A stretch of 64,000 bases of DNA from Octopus bimaculoides (GCF_001194135.2 NC_068989.1:89561246-89625245), one strand, 5' to 3'; counted from the stretch's first letter, positions 42,185 to 52,981 are shown. The notes: generated from the letters alone by a model not told the origin. A program made the numbers and translations.

Positions 42185-42263
42185 CTTCACAGTCATTGTT
42201 GTCCAACCGTTTAGATCAAAAGGTACATTCTTCTTGTCTAAACTTTCTTCACATAAATAATTT
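42185..42263 (-). CDS. SENP1: SENP exon (NYLCEESLDKKNVPFDLNGWTTMTVK)
   Basis: ttctag|A and AAG|gtgagt; resembles YLKQESIDKK..FD..GW. Confidence 0.95.
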
Positions 42264-43189
42264 CTAGAAATAAAAAAAATAAATATAATTTATTCACAAT
42301 TGAAGAAAAGATTAACTGTATTTAGTACCCAGGTAACCTACCATAATTGCAATTAATTCTGTGCATCTTAATACAATTATTATTAATTCTGGGTACCCTA
42401 ACACAAATGTAATTTTGCTTACCTTAAACATTATTTAACATGGTATCCAGCCGTAGAATCCATGCTGATATAGACAGAAGGGCTCGGCAAAGTCTTCTAG
42501 TTTGCTAGCTCCTTGTCAAAATCTTGTAACCCATACCAGCATGGAAAATGGATGTTAAATAATGATGATTTTCCATGCTTGCATGAGTGAGACTGGATCT
42601 GTCGAGACAAATTTTCTATGGCCAGATGCCCTTCCTGTTGCCAATGCTTATCCGAGTAAAGCAATATTTCCCCATGACCAGACATGTTTTCATGGAAGAC
42701 TGCAAACAAATGGCACCCGTGAAATCGTAGTCGTGGCTGTTGCTGATTTCATACAAATGATACTTGTGCCAGTCGCACACAAAAGCACCCATTACACTCT
42801 TGGAGTAATTGGCGTTAGGAAGTGCATCCAGACATAGAAACTATGGCAAATCAGACTGGAGCCTGGTGTAGATCTCAGTTTACCAGTTCCAGTCAAACCG
42901 TCCAACCCATGCCAGCATGGAAAGCAGACGCTAAATGATGATGAGGAAGGGACATCACTTGCATGACAGGGACACTTGTTTACAATTATCATGCGATGAC
43001 AAAGCAAGGAGACAATGAAAAACATGCATGTAATGGGCTTCTTTTAGTTTCCATCTACCAAATCCACACACAAGGCTTTTGGTTGGCCTGGGGCTATAGT
43101 AGTCCCGAGGTGCATTTGTGCCACTGAACCCAAACCCATGTTGTCGGGAAGCAAACTTCTTAAACACATAGCCAAGCCTGTGCCTAACT

Positions 43190-43535
43190 CATCATCATTT
43201 AACGTCCATTGTCCATGCTGGCATGGGTTGGATGGTTTGACTGGGCAGGCACGCTGGAAGGCTGCACCAGGCTCCAATCTGATCTGGCAGAGTTTCTACA
43301 GCTGGATGCCCTTCTTAACGCTAACCACTCCGAGAGTGTAGTGGGTACTTTTACATGCCACCAGCATGAGTGCCATTTGCGTGACACTGGTACCTGTCAT
43401 GACTACGATTTTGCTCAGCTTGATGAGTCTTCTTCTCAAGCATGACATAATGCCAGAGGTCTTGATCTTTGCCTCTGTGAGGCCCAACGCTCGAAAGGAA
43501 TTCAGCCACTTTGTCTCCAAGAGACCCAACGCTTG
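43190..43535 (-). mobile_element. 5'-truncated RTE LINE 3' end with (GAT)n tail; representative of a family with roughly twenty copies and relatives (e.g. 5045-5179, 39710-40030, 41865-42015, 42780-42945, 51905-52075, 57100-57440, 62040-62200, 62720-63110, 63120-63495)
   Basis: Shared tail caacccatgc(c/t)agcatggaaagcggacgttaaacgatgatg. The longest copies reach LGLTEA, and 62648-62726 reads DLRTLGLTEAMTNDRDLWRYAVTEKT, an RTE-like ORF2 end. Confidence 0.7.
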
Positions 43536-43711
43536 AAAGGAATACCCAATGCTCATTTTAGAAATAAGGAAGACACATTGATTAGTTTATTCCTAGATAC
43601 CCTGTTGCTGAAAACAAGTAGATGGTTCAGCCCTTCCCCTGTACACCCACACCTTCAGATAAAACCCCTGCCACACATGCAACATAACATAAGAAAAGGA
43701 GACAGACTTAC

Positions 43712-43791
43712 TTAATCTTCTCTAGGCACTGAGTATTTTTGCCACCAATAGAATCATAGTAACAAATGGTTTTCTGGGAGAAGTTCACAAC
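43712..43791 (-). CDS. SENP1: SENP exon (VVNFSQKTICYYDSIGGKNTQCLEKI), catalytic Asp
   Basis: tttcag|GTT and AA|gtaagt; YYDS motif. Confidence 0.95.
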
Positions 43792-44930
43792 CTGAAACAT
43801 TAATAGGTGTTTGTGGAGACAATTATTGATGTCAGGAAGACTGTCTTAACATTATTCACAGCTGAAAACAAGATAAATATCTACAACTGAACAGACATTA
43901 CTAAAAGTAAACTAACATTCTCGTTCATTGGTGATATGATGAGCTGACATTAAGTATAGCTCACGCAACTGGCACCCGTGCCGGTGGCATATAAAAGCCA
44001 ACATTACACTCTCGGAGTGGTTGGCATTAGGAAGGGCATCCAGCTGTAGAAAACCATGCCAAATCAGATTGGAGTCTGGTGCAGCCCCTCATCCCTGCTC
44101 AACAAACGTCAAATGATGACGATGACAATGATGGAAACCTAGGCATGGACAACAAACGTTAAATGATGATGATGATGATGGAAACCTAGGCAACTATTTG
44201 CAGCTAAAGAGAATGTAGGTGAAACTCAGCTTACATCAGAGCTGAATAAAATGGATCTCTGCTGGTTTCAATGGTGAGTACTCCATTGTCTGAGCAACTC
44301 AGCCACTCAGGTATCTATTTACAGACAATCATCATTTAATGTTTGTTTTCCGTTTTCTGGCATGGGTAAGATAGTTTGGCAAAATCTGGCAAACTGCAAA
44401 GCTACACTGAGCTCTGGGGTCAGTATGATTTCATCGACCTCCCCCCTCTCCAGTACTCAACTGGTACTTGTTTGACCGACCCCGAAAGGATGAAAGGCAA
44501 AGTGAGACCTCAGTGGAATGCAAAATTATTACCACACAGCCATACCTGCATCTGTTGCTAAAATGAACATAGAATGATGGTGGAGACGAAAGTCTAGAAA
44601 CCCTTCTGGCCTAACAAAAAGGTTAAGTTCCTCAGAGGGAGCTGCTGAAGATATTCATCTTGAGTGAGGATGGAATACGAGAAGGTTTCGGCAGATTAAA
44701 TTTTACAGAAAAATAGTGGAGGGGAAGCACAGTAGCCATAGATCTGTCCTAAACGAACAGACCAACGAGTAAAGGCATTCCAGTCTTGAGACGAATCCTT
44801 CCTTTTTTTTTTAAGATGGTAGCATGTTATCTGAGGGAGATTCATTTGGCTGTTATTTCTAGCAGGTCGAGCAATCGTGTAGATTGGAGACAAGTATTCA
44901 AAGGGAGGTAAGCGCGAGAAGAGTACTTAC

Positions 44931-45134
44931 AGCAAGACACCAGTGCATCTCCAAGTGTATAGGTATGATCAGGTATTTGTGTGCAAAGATATCTACTTTT
45001 CTCGTCCACCGTCGTACACCTTCATATTTGCTGGATAAAAGTTTTGGGTAAAAGAATGTGTTGAATGCATAGACATTTGAGAAACCAGGTTCGTTACTGC
45101 GCTCCATCAGCATACACATATAGAAGTTGATGAC
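44931..45134 (-). CDS. SENP1: SENP catalytic exon (VINFY...NTFFYPKL...RRWTRK...PIHLEMHWCLA), catalytic His
   Basis: ttcag|GTC and GCT|gtaagt; 68 codons; canonical C48 motifs including HW. Confidence 0.97.
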
Positions 45135-45808
45135 CTGAACGAGAAGAAATGTCAGAGATTTAGAGGACAAGCGTACCAAATAACGCAAGGGAGTTAACTC
45201 CTTTCGTATACAAACCCATACACACAGAGACCTCTACAGTAACACCTTACATTCATTTAAAGTTACGTAAATAAATGTCCTGTTGGTTGCGATAAGTTTT
45301 CGGATGTTTAAGCAACGAAAATAGCTACTCATCGAGTTATGTGCCTGAGTATTCCAGATATCATTATTTAACATCCAATTTTCCATGCTTGCAGGAGTCA
45401 GGCAGAATTACTTGTAGCAGATTTTCCACAGCTGGATGCCTTTCCACTCGCCAATCCTCAAGCATTTCCAAGTTAATATTTCCCTATCGTCAGACATGTT
45501 TCTCATTGAAGACTGGAAACAACGTCGCTTGTATGATGGTGATGCTTATTTCACAACCGTCATGTGATGTCTAATCAAGGATTCACGCAAACACACACGA
45601 CAGATTTCTGTTAGTTTCTACCCTGCCTACCAAATCCATTCACAAGGCTTTGGCTGCCCTGGAATTATAGAAGACACTTACCCAAGGTGGGATTGAACCT
45701 AAGACCAAATAGTTGGAAAGCAAGTTCCTTAACCACTCAGTCACACACTTAATATAATTCTCAATCAGACCCAGTGTGACTAGGTTGAACATTTGAATAA
45801 GAAACACT

Positions 45809-45937
45809 ATCCACCCGACAGGCTACCGTGTACTTTCTATCTACCCAATCCACCCGACAGGCTACCATGCACTTTATATCTACCCAATCCACCCGACAGG
45901 CTACCGTGTACTTTCTATCTACCCAATCCACCCGACA
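45809..45937 (+). repeat. 39-bp tandem minisatellite running into a 718-N gap
   Basis: Unit atccacccgacaggctaccgtgtactttctatctaccca at 45809, 45848 (variant), 45887, 45926 (partial). Confidence 0.92.
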
Positions 45938-46668
45938 NNNNNNNNNNNNNNNNNNNNNNNNNNNNNNNNNNNNNNNNNNNNNNNNNNNNNNNNNNNNNNN
46001 NNNNNNNNNNNNNNNNNNNNNNNNNNNNNNNNNNNNNNNNNNNNNNNNNNNNNNNNNNNNNNNNNNNNNNNNNNNNNNNNNNNNNNNNNNNNNNNNNNNN
46101 NNNNNNNNNNNNNNNNNNNNNNNNNNNNNNNNNNNNNNNNNNNNNNNNNNNNNNNNNNNNNNNNNNNNNNNNNNNNNNNNNNNNNNNNNNNNNNNNNNNN
46201 NNNNNNNNNNNNNNNNNNNNNNNNNNNNNNNNNNNNNNNNNNNNNNNNNNNNNNNNNNNNNNNNNNNNNNNNNNNNNNNNNNNNNNNNNNNNNNNNNNNN
46301 NNNNNNNNNNNNNNNNNNNNNNNNNNNNNNNNNNNNNNNNNNNNNNNNNNNNNNNNNNNNNNNNNNNNNNNNNNNNNNNNNNNNNNNNNNNNNNNNNNNN
46401 NNNNNNNNNNNNNNNNNNNNNNNNNNNNNNNNNNNNNNNNNNNNNNNNNNNNNNNNNNNNNNNNNNNNNNNNNNNNNNNNNNNNNNNNNNNNNNNNNNNN
46501 NNNNNNNNNNNNNNNNNNNNNNNNNNNNNNNNNNNNNNNNNNNNNNNNNNNNNNNNNNNNNNNNNNNNNNNNNNNNNNNNNNNNNNNNNNNNNNNNNNNN
46601 NNNNNNNNNNNNNNNNNNNNNNNNNNNNNNNNNNNNNNNNNNNNNNNNNNNNNNNTAAACGATGATGA

Positions 46669-46719
<51 letters not shown>

Positions 46720-47038
46720 TAAAGACAGAGAGAGAGAGAGAGACAGGTACACACACACATCATAGAAATACAAGTGCACACACACACAAACCATTTACAC
46801 GGTACATATAGATGCTCACGCACACGCACATGCCCATATATCATGTCACACACAGACTCAAAAAACCCATGTCACTGTACACACATCATATCAACGACGC
46901 AGTCTACACTTGCATGGGGCCACATGTAAGAAGAACCCTACTGCCTCACTGAGCCAGTTCCAGACAATAAACAGATCAGTCGGTTCAGCATAAAGACACA
47001 AACAATCTAAACAGGGGTTTAGAACATGAAACCCTTAC

Positions 47039-47181
47039 AGCATCATTGAGCCAGTTCAGACGTGAAAGAGTGGCCATGTCCTGTCGTTTCAGCTGGATGC
47101 GGAAAGCGTCGACCAAGACATCATCTGCAGGATATGGTCGCAGTGCAGCATCAATGTCACGCTGCATCAATTCATCAATCC
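47039..47181 (-). CDS. SENP1: SENP Peptidase_C48 exon 1 (IDELMQRDI...LNWLNDA)
   Basis: ttttacag|GG and GCT|gtaagg; AFRI...D..TL..LNWLND motif of Ulp1/SENP proteases. Confidence 0.95.
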
Positions 47182-47350
47182 CTGTAAAAGGAAAGTTAAT
47201 CAAGTGTGAAGTTGTCGTGCATGGGTGTCTGTTTGCAAATGTCTTGCATCACTGGCATTGGTGCATGCAGTGATGCATTACACTTGCAACAAATAGATTT
47301 TAGCAAAAAGTAGAGAAAGTAAGGGCAGTTCTATATTTAAGAGATGAGGA

Positions 47351-47488
47351 ATTATTTACATTTGACGGATATTTGTCCTCATCTTGTTTGTTGTTAACAC
47401 AACATTTCGGCTGATATACCCTCCAGCCTTCATCAGGTGTCTTGGAGAAATTTCGAACCTGGGTTCTCATTCCTAAGGTATTTTTCGA

Positions 47489-47523
<35 letters not shown>

Positions 47524-47537
47524 TCATGCCATATGCC
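47351..47537 (-). mobile_element. Inverted partial copy of the same SINE (3' ~175 nt plus first bases of the head)
   Basis: Reverse complement of about 47590-47770; junction gccatatgcc-caca-ggcatatggc. Confidence 0.9.
47396..47441 (-). ncRNA. Minimal type-I hammerhead motif, sense to the SENP pre-mRNA
   Basis: Reverse complement reads GACAC CTGATGA A GGCTG..CAGCC GAAA TG TT GTGTT. Confidence 0.7.
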
Positions 47538-47541
47538 CACA

Positions 47542-47779
47542 GGCATATGGCGTAGTGGTTAAGAGCAAGGGCTACTAACCTCAAGATTCCAAGTTCGATT
47601 CCAGGCAGTGACCTTAATAATAATAATAACATCGAAAAATACCTTAGGAATGAGAACCCAGGTTTGAAATTTCCCCAAGACACCTGATGAAGGCTGGAGG
47701 GTATATCAGCCGAAACATTGTGTTAACAACAAACAAGATGAGGACAAAATATCCGTCGAATGTAAATAATGTAAATAAT
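47542..47779 (+). mobile_element. tRNA-Arg-like SINE with hammerhead-motif tail, full copy
   Basis: A box TGGCGTAGTGG, AAGATTCCAAGTTCGATTCCAGGC (tRNA-Arg-like T arm/B box), (AAT)n linker, hammerhead motif, TGTAAATAAT tail; homologous to 39411-39638 and 54579-54829. Confidence 0.85.
47679..47724 (+). ncRNA. Minimal type-I hammerhead ribozyme motif (Penelope-type), one substitution from the inferred consensus
   Basis: GACAC-CTGATGA-A-GGCTG[GAGGGTATAT]CAGCC-GAAA-CA-TT-GTGTT: helix I GACAC/GTGTT, helix II GGCTG/CAGCC, intact core. Confidence 0.7.
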
Positions 47780-48322
47780 GAAAGTAAGGGCAGTTTTGAA
47801 TTTGCACAACTGAAGTTGCAGGTGGAAGTTTTGTGAGATGTGCAACATGGCAAGAACTGTGTTGAGGTTAAACATGTGTAAAACAGTGACACAGAGAGAA
47901 GCAATGTAGCATGAGTAACACAGAGAATGTGTGACAGGAGTAATGCAAGAAAAAGAACCTTATGTAACAGAAAGTACAAATGTGTGTGAGAGGAGTAACA
48001 TAGGAAGTATAAGTATTTGAAGACAGGAGTAACATAGAATAGTGGTGTGACAGAAGGCGATGTGTAATACAGGACATCCAGAGATGTTACACCAGTAACA
48101 CTGTATGATCAAATGTGTATCACTAGTAACATGGTACAACCTATGTGTATCACCAGTAAGTGTGACTAGATATGTGACACTGATAGCAGAGTAACATGTT
48201 TCACACAAAGTGACTAGATGCATGAAACCAATAACAGTGTAACATGGGTGACCAAATGTGTGACAGATGTGACAGTGAGGACCAGATAAGCTTGAGGAGA
48301 ATCAAAGAGTAAAATAACTTAC

Positions 48323-48449
48323 TTGGCACCAATGCTTTCTCAGGCTTTGGTTCATATTCTGATTCTGGTTTTGGCTCAGGTTCCAGTTCTGGTTCCGGCT
48401 CAGGTATGACTGGTACCTCCTTCTGAATTAGCTTCAGTCGTCGCTGGAT
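48323..48449 (-). CDS. SENP1: SENP exon with Pro-Glu repeat (IQRRLKLIQKEVPVIPEPEPELEPEPKPESEYEPKPEKALVP)
   Basis: attag|ATC and A|gtaagt; KEVPV resembles SENP1 KEIPV; phase 0 to 1. Confidence 0.87.
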
Positions 48450-48497
48450 CTAATAATAATCACACGATACTAGTCAGTAGAGCAGACAGTATGTGTA

Positions 48498-48535
<38 letters not shown>

Positions 48536-48545
48536 NNNNNNNNNN

Positions 48546-48579
<34 letters not shown>

Positions 48580-49191
48580 CCAGTGTTTTAAATCCAGATT
48601 TTGTCCACGTTAATGGGGATAGCCGGATCTACCTCAATGCCATCTTCTAAGTGTTTCATCAAGAGACCTCTAAGTGTCATCATAATTATCACAATTTAAC
48701 ATCTGCTCCTCATACTGACACAGGTTGATCTTGTGTGTTGCCAGTATAGGAATCAGTCTATCATTTAGGAGGTCAGTTCACAGGAGGAGGAAGTATTTGA
48801 GAAGCTGGAAAGGTGATTATATGCTAGGAACAAGCAGAGATAGAGGTGTCTTGCTATAGTGAAGACACATGGCTAACCTGCATTTTTATAAGGGTGAATG
48901 GATGTATCTGGGAAAAGGTGAGATGGTAGTGATGGGGTGTCAGAGTAAAACCCATCATTTCATTACCAACGGGACTGAAACCGGCTCTGGCTCTGGGTAC
49001 AAATGTCTTGTTTTCATAAGTTTTGTATTAAAATCTTCCACCAAACCTTAATCACAATTTATGTTCCTAACACCAGCTTAATGATAATTAAGTTATTTTA
49101 CTAAATTCTTTGTTATATTTAAAATTAATTGAAAGAAACACAGAGCATCTCAACAGAAATATGGTAATAAAAAGGTTAACAAATGATTAAT

Positions 49192-49421
49192 TTAACCCTT
49201 TTGATACCAACCTAGCTGAAACCACCTCTGGCTCTATACTACAAATATCTTGTTTTCATGAGTTTTGAATTAAAATCTTCCACCAAACCTGAGTCACAAT
49301 TTATGTTCCTAACACTAGCTTAATGGTAATTAAGTTATTTTACTAAATTCTTTGTTATATTTAAAATTAATTGAAAGAAACACAGAGCATCTCAAAATAA
49401 ATGCAGTAACGAAAGGGTTAA
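49192..49421. mobile_element. TTAA-flanked piggyBac-like MITE; second tandem copy at ~48960-49179
   Basis: TTAA-CCCTTTTGATAC ... GTAACGAAAGGG-TTAA; a near-identical ~200-nt body lies immediately upstream; related inverted pieces near 35010-35166 and 54835-55000. Confidence 0.75.
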
Positions 49422-50502
49422 GAGGCAAGAGATGATACATGCAGTGGATCAGAAGAGGGAGGCGAGGCAGTTATAAGAGTGTGGGGGGAGGGTGTTGGAT
49501 GGTTAGAGATGAGAGAAAAGATGAATGCCGTGAGCAGTTCTCTGAATGTGTTATTTATATACGACTAATGTAGTTCCTTGTAGGAGTCATATTTTGTTGT
49601 TGGTGTTTAAACCCTGATTAGCACTTAAAAGGCCTCCAACCATAACCATTCCATAGGAGTACACAGTCCAGTGCAGTGGTTCACTCAACCTTTTTAATGT
49701 CCGGGGCTGATCCAAAACCTGGATCTTTTTAGGGATCTCCACCAACAGAAGTAGGACACAAGTCAAATAAAGAAAAACATTATATCTATAGGTGCAGGAG
49801 TGGCTGTGTGGTAAGAAGTTTGCTTCCCAACCACATAGTTCCAGGTTCAGTCTCACTGCATGGCACCTTGGGCAAGTGTCTTCTACTATAGCCTCGGACC
49901 AACCAAAGCCTTGTGAGCGGTTTTGGTAGATAGAAACTGAAAGAAGCCCACCGTGTGTGTGTGTGTGTCTATGTCGACTGTCATTTGACAACCGGTGTTG
50001 GTGTGTTTACAACCCTGTAACTTAGCAGTTTGGTAAAAGAGACCAATAGAATAAGTACTAGGCTTTCAAAGAATAAGTCCTGGGGTCAATTTGTTCTCCA
50101 GCATGGCCACAGTCAAATGACTGAAACAAGTAAAAGAATAAAAGAATAGAGGGAAAACCATCAAGGGCCTCTGGAAGGATGCTTAAGGACCACATGTAGC
50201 CTTGTGGGGGGGACACCTCAGCTGAGAACTGCTGGTCTAGTGTATCGTTCCATTTACAGGACAGTAGGATGTAGTTTGAGAGATTTGGCTATTTTTAGCA
50301 AGTCAAGCAACAGCATAGTGGCTCCGTTCTTGGTTGATGGTCAGAATTTATGTACATGACGTCAGACAATGGTGGAGTGTGACATTAACACCATGCTGGC
50401 AGTAGAGTGGTCCAACAAAGGATGGGGATAATTATGTATATGTATGTGTATGTGCCCACATTTATAGAAACGTGTGTGTGTGTATAAGAAATCAAGTGTT
50501 AC

Positions 50503-50535
50503 CTCTAACTGGACTCTATGTTCCCGAGATTTCCT
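50503..50535 (-). CDS. SENP1: SENP 33-nt micro-exon (RKSREHRVQLE)
   Basis: Long polypyrimidine tract, cattag|AGG and GAG|gtaaca; symmetric phase 0, fits between flanking helical exons. Confidence 0.75.
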
Positions 50536-50624
50536 CTAATGGTCAGGAGAGAAAAGAGAAAAGAAAAAAAAAGAGATATTAGCACCATAAACACACAGCA
50601 CACATACATCCACACACCATATTC

Positions 50625-50696
<72 letters not shown>

Positions 50697-50769
50697 CACA
50701 CACACAAACATACATACATACATACATACACACCATATTTTATACATATATATATATATAAAAAATATG

Positions 50770-50811
<42 letters not shown>

Positions 50812-51069
50812 ACATACACACACCATATTTTATATATATATATCTCAAAAGATTTATTTAAAAATACATCATAAATGTAACTTCTCATAAAGATCACATC
50901 ACACTAATGCCTACCTTACAACATCCATTACCACATCATACACTAACACAAAACTGTATACACCAGACCACACACACACACACACAGTGGGTGAAACCAA
51001 AATTGTTCAATTTGGATCATATCTAGTTCTTAAATGTATTGTTGCATATGAAGTCTCTGTCAATACAAG

Positions 51070-51200
51070 ACTACACTCGGACACCTCACAATCAGACACA
51101 ACTACACTCGGACATCTTACTATCAATCAAACAACTACACTCGGACGTCTTACAATTAATCAGACACAACTTCACTCGGACATCTGACAATTAATTATAA
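51070..51200 (+). repeat. Degenerate 31-35-bp tandem repeat with ACTACACTCGGAC core (4 units)
   Basis: Cores start at 51070, 51101, 51134, 51169. Confidence 0.85.
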
Positions 51201-51377
51201 ATCAAAAAGGCCCCAATAACCATGGCCTTTGATCAGATGTCTGCTCAATCAGAGCTGAGCTGTGAATTCAATGTATACAGAGACATAACTATCACACACA
51301 CACACATACATATGTTCCACACTTCAGCTACACGCTGTACACCATACATATCACTGTCTACCACACAGTACACTCAC

Positions 51378-51462
51378 CTGTTCTTCTAAAGATTTCACCT
51401 TCAGTTGCTCTTCTACTATTTTCTTTTTCCTCTCCAGATTTGAAGCAGAGAATTTTGAGACC
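51378..51462 (-). CDS. SENP1: SENP exon (VSKFSASNLERKKKIVEEQLKVKSLEEQ)
   Basis: ggcag|G and CAG|gtgagt; phase 2 to 0; predicted coiled helix. Confidence 0.87.
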
Positions 51463-51536
51463 CTGCCATAACACAACAAAGAATATATTTTAGTTTGTTC
51501 ACAAACAACACATTGAAATTTGAAGACTTTAACACT

Positions 51537-51702
51537 TTAACCTTCAGATTACTTTGGTCAAATGTAATTCTTATTTATTCACGTGGTTTTGAATTAATCC
51601 TGCATTATCTTCAAGATTTTGGAGATGTGATTGTTTTTAGAATGGCATTGTAGAGCAGATGTGGAAGACCACATCCAGCTGGTTCAAATGCTAAAGGGTT
51701 AA
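51537..51702. mobile_element. Second TTAA-flanked MITE family
   Basis: TTAA-CCTT ... AAAGGG-TTAA termini, non-coding; similar 3' end near 34960-35008. Confidence 0.6.
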
Positions 51703-52477
51703 GGTGTGAAATTTGGCCATTACACACCTTCCCCCCACTTCCACAACCACGTGCATGCACACATATACACATCATCATCGTTTAACGTCCGCTTTCCATG
51801 CTAGCATGGGTCGGACGATTTGACTGATGACTGGTGAACCAGATGGCTACACCAGGCTCCAATATAAAAATGCTAATTAATAATTATGATTGTTATCAAT
51901 ATTTTCTCTGAGTGGTTGGTGTTAGGAAGGGCATCCAGCTGTAGAAACTCTGCCAAATTTAGATTGGAGCCTGGTGTTGCCATCCGGTTTCACCAGTCCT
52001 CTGTCAAATCGTCCAACCCATGCTAGCATGGAAAGCAGACGTTAAACGATGATGATGATGATGATGATGATGATTAACCTCAAGCATAAATTTGTAGATG
52101 ATGATAGATGGAGAGATGATCACCTGAACACACACACACAATAGCATTCTGTCTTTCGAATCCACTCCCAGAACTTTGGGTTGGCCCAGGGCTGTAGTAG
52201 AAGGCACTTGCTCAAGTAGTTCTTGCAGTGTGACTGACCAAGACAGCATGGCTGGTAATCAGGCATCTTAACCTCACAGCCAAGCCTGTGCACATGTGTG
52301 TAGCATTTTAATATTTTACACCCATCTTTTCACATTCTTGGTTCAGGGTTTCTTGTTAGTGGAGCAACTAAGGTTACGGCTGGACGATGAAAAGTTCTGT
52401 ATAAGAAATTCATGCATCAACTGCCCTTTCCTCAGCTGTGAGGCATATCCACCACAAGGTTCAATCCTTGTTGCAGT

Positions 52478-52866
52478 TGATGGCTTGTGTGCTTCAATGA
52501 CCCTGAGGGCTCTGTCAGTGGAGCGCAAGTTCCTGTACGGCTTCTCATGCTGGACAGGTCAAAAGATAGAGGCCACACTTATATGAAGCACCTCTTATCA
52601 GAGGTAAAAATGGGTTTGCATAGGGCCAACACCTCTACCGAGAAAAATGCCAAGTGACAGAAGCATCAATGATAATCAAAACCAATCAGACCTGGAAGAG
52701 GAAGGCCTTCCCTTTCGGGAATATATGGTGAAGAGTAACACAATCAAAAAGAAACAAATAGGGATCTAACTGGAGAGAAGCAAGAAAGACAGCCCAGAGC
52801 TGGCAGAGTTGGGAACAAGAGAGAAAAGTCATCAAGGACCTGGGTTTTAAAGGGGTGAAGTGATTA
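52478..52866 (+). mobile_element. Internally deleted (bipartite) RTE element; second copy ~57668-58026
   Basis: 5' part resembles RTE/Expander 5' UTRs (ggcttgtgtgc..caatgaccctga...catgctggacaggtcaaa); 3' part encodes NWREARKTAQS...VIKDL; the two copies are colinear. Confidence 0.55.
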
Positions 52867-52981
52867 ATTAATTAAAAACTGATTACACACACATATATAC
52901 AGAGGTAGTAGCATGAAGGGCAATAAGGATAAAGTAGCAAAAATGGTAAAATGGAATCACAAGAAAGACTCTGCTACTCAC

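Noticed and set aside
45793-46853. Long 276-312 aa ORFs, and the X-rich ORFs at 4450, 10372, 14288 and 34008
   Set aside because: They are open only because N gaps contain no stop codons.
47542-47615. Apparent tRNA genes (also 39411, 53543, 54579, 16290-16363)
   Set aside because: A and B boxes are present but the acceptor stems do not pair, and each continues into a shared SINE body.
49587-49991. 134-aa minus-strand ORF inside a SENP intron
   Set aside because: Mostly antisense SINE sequence; the SENP frame is complete without it.
51070-51200. CRISPR-like repeat-spacer look
   Set aside because: The spacers are homologous to each other, the context is a eukaryotic intron, and there are no cas genes.
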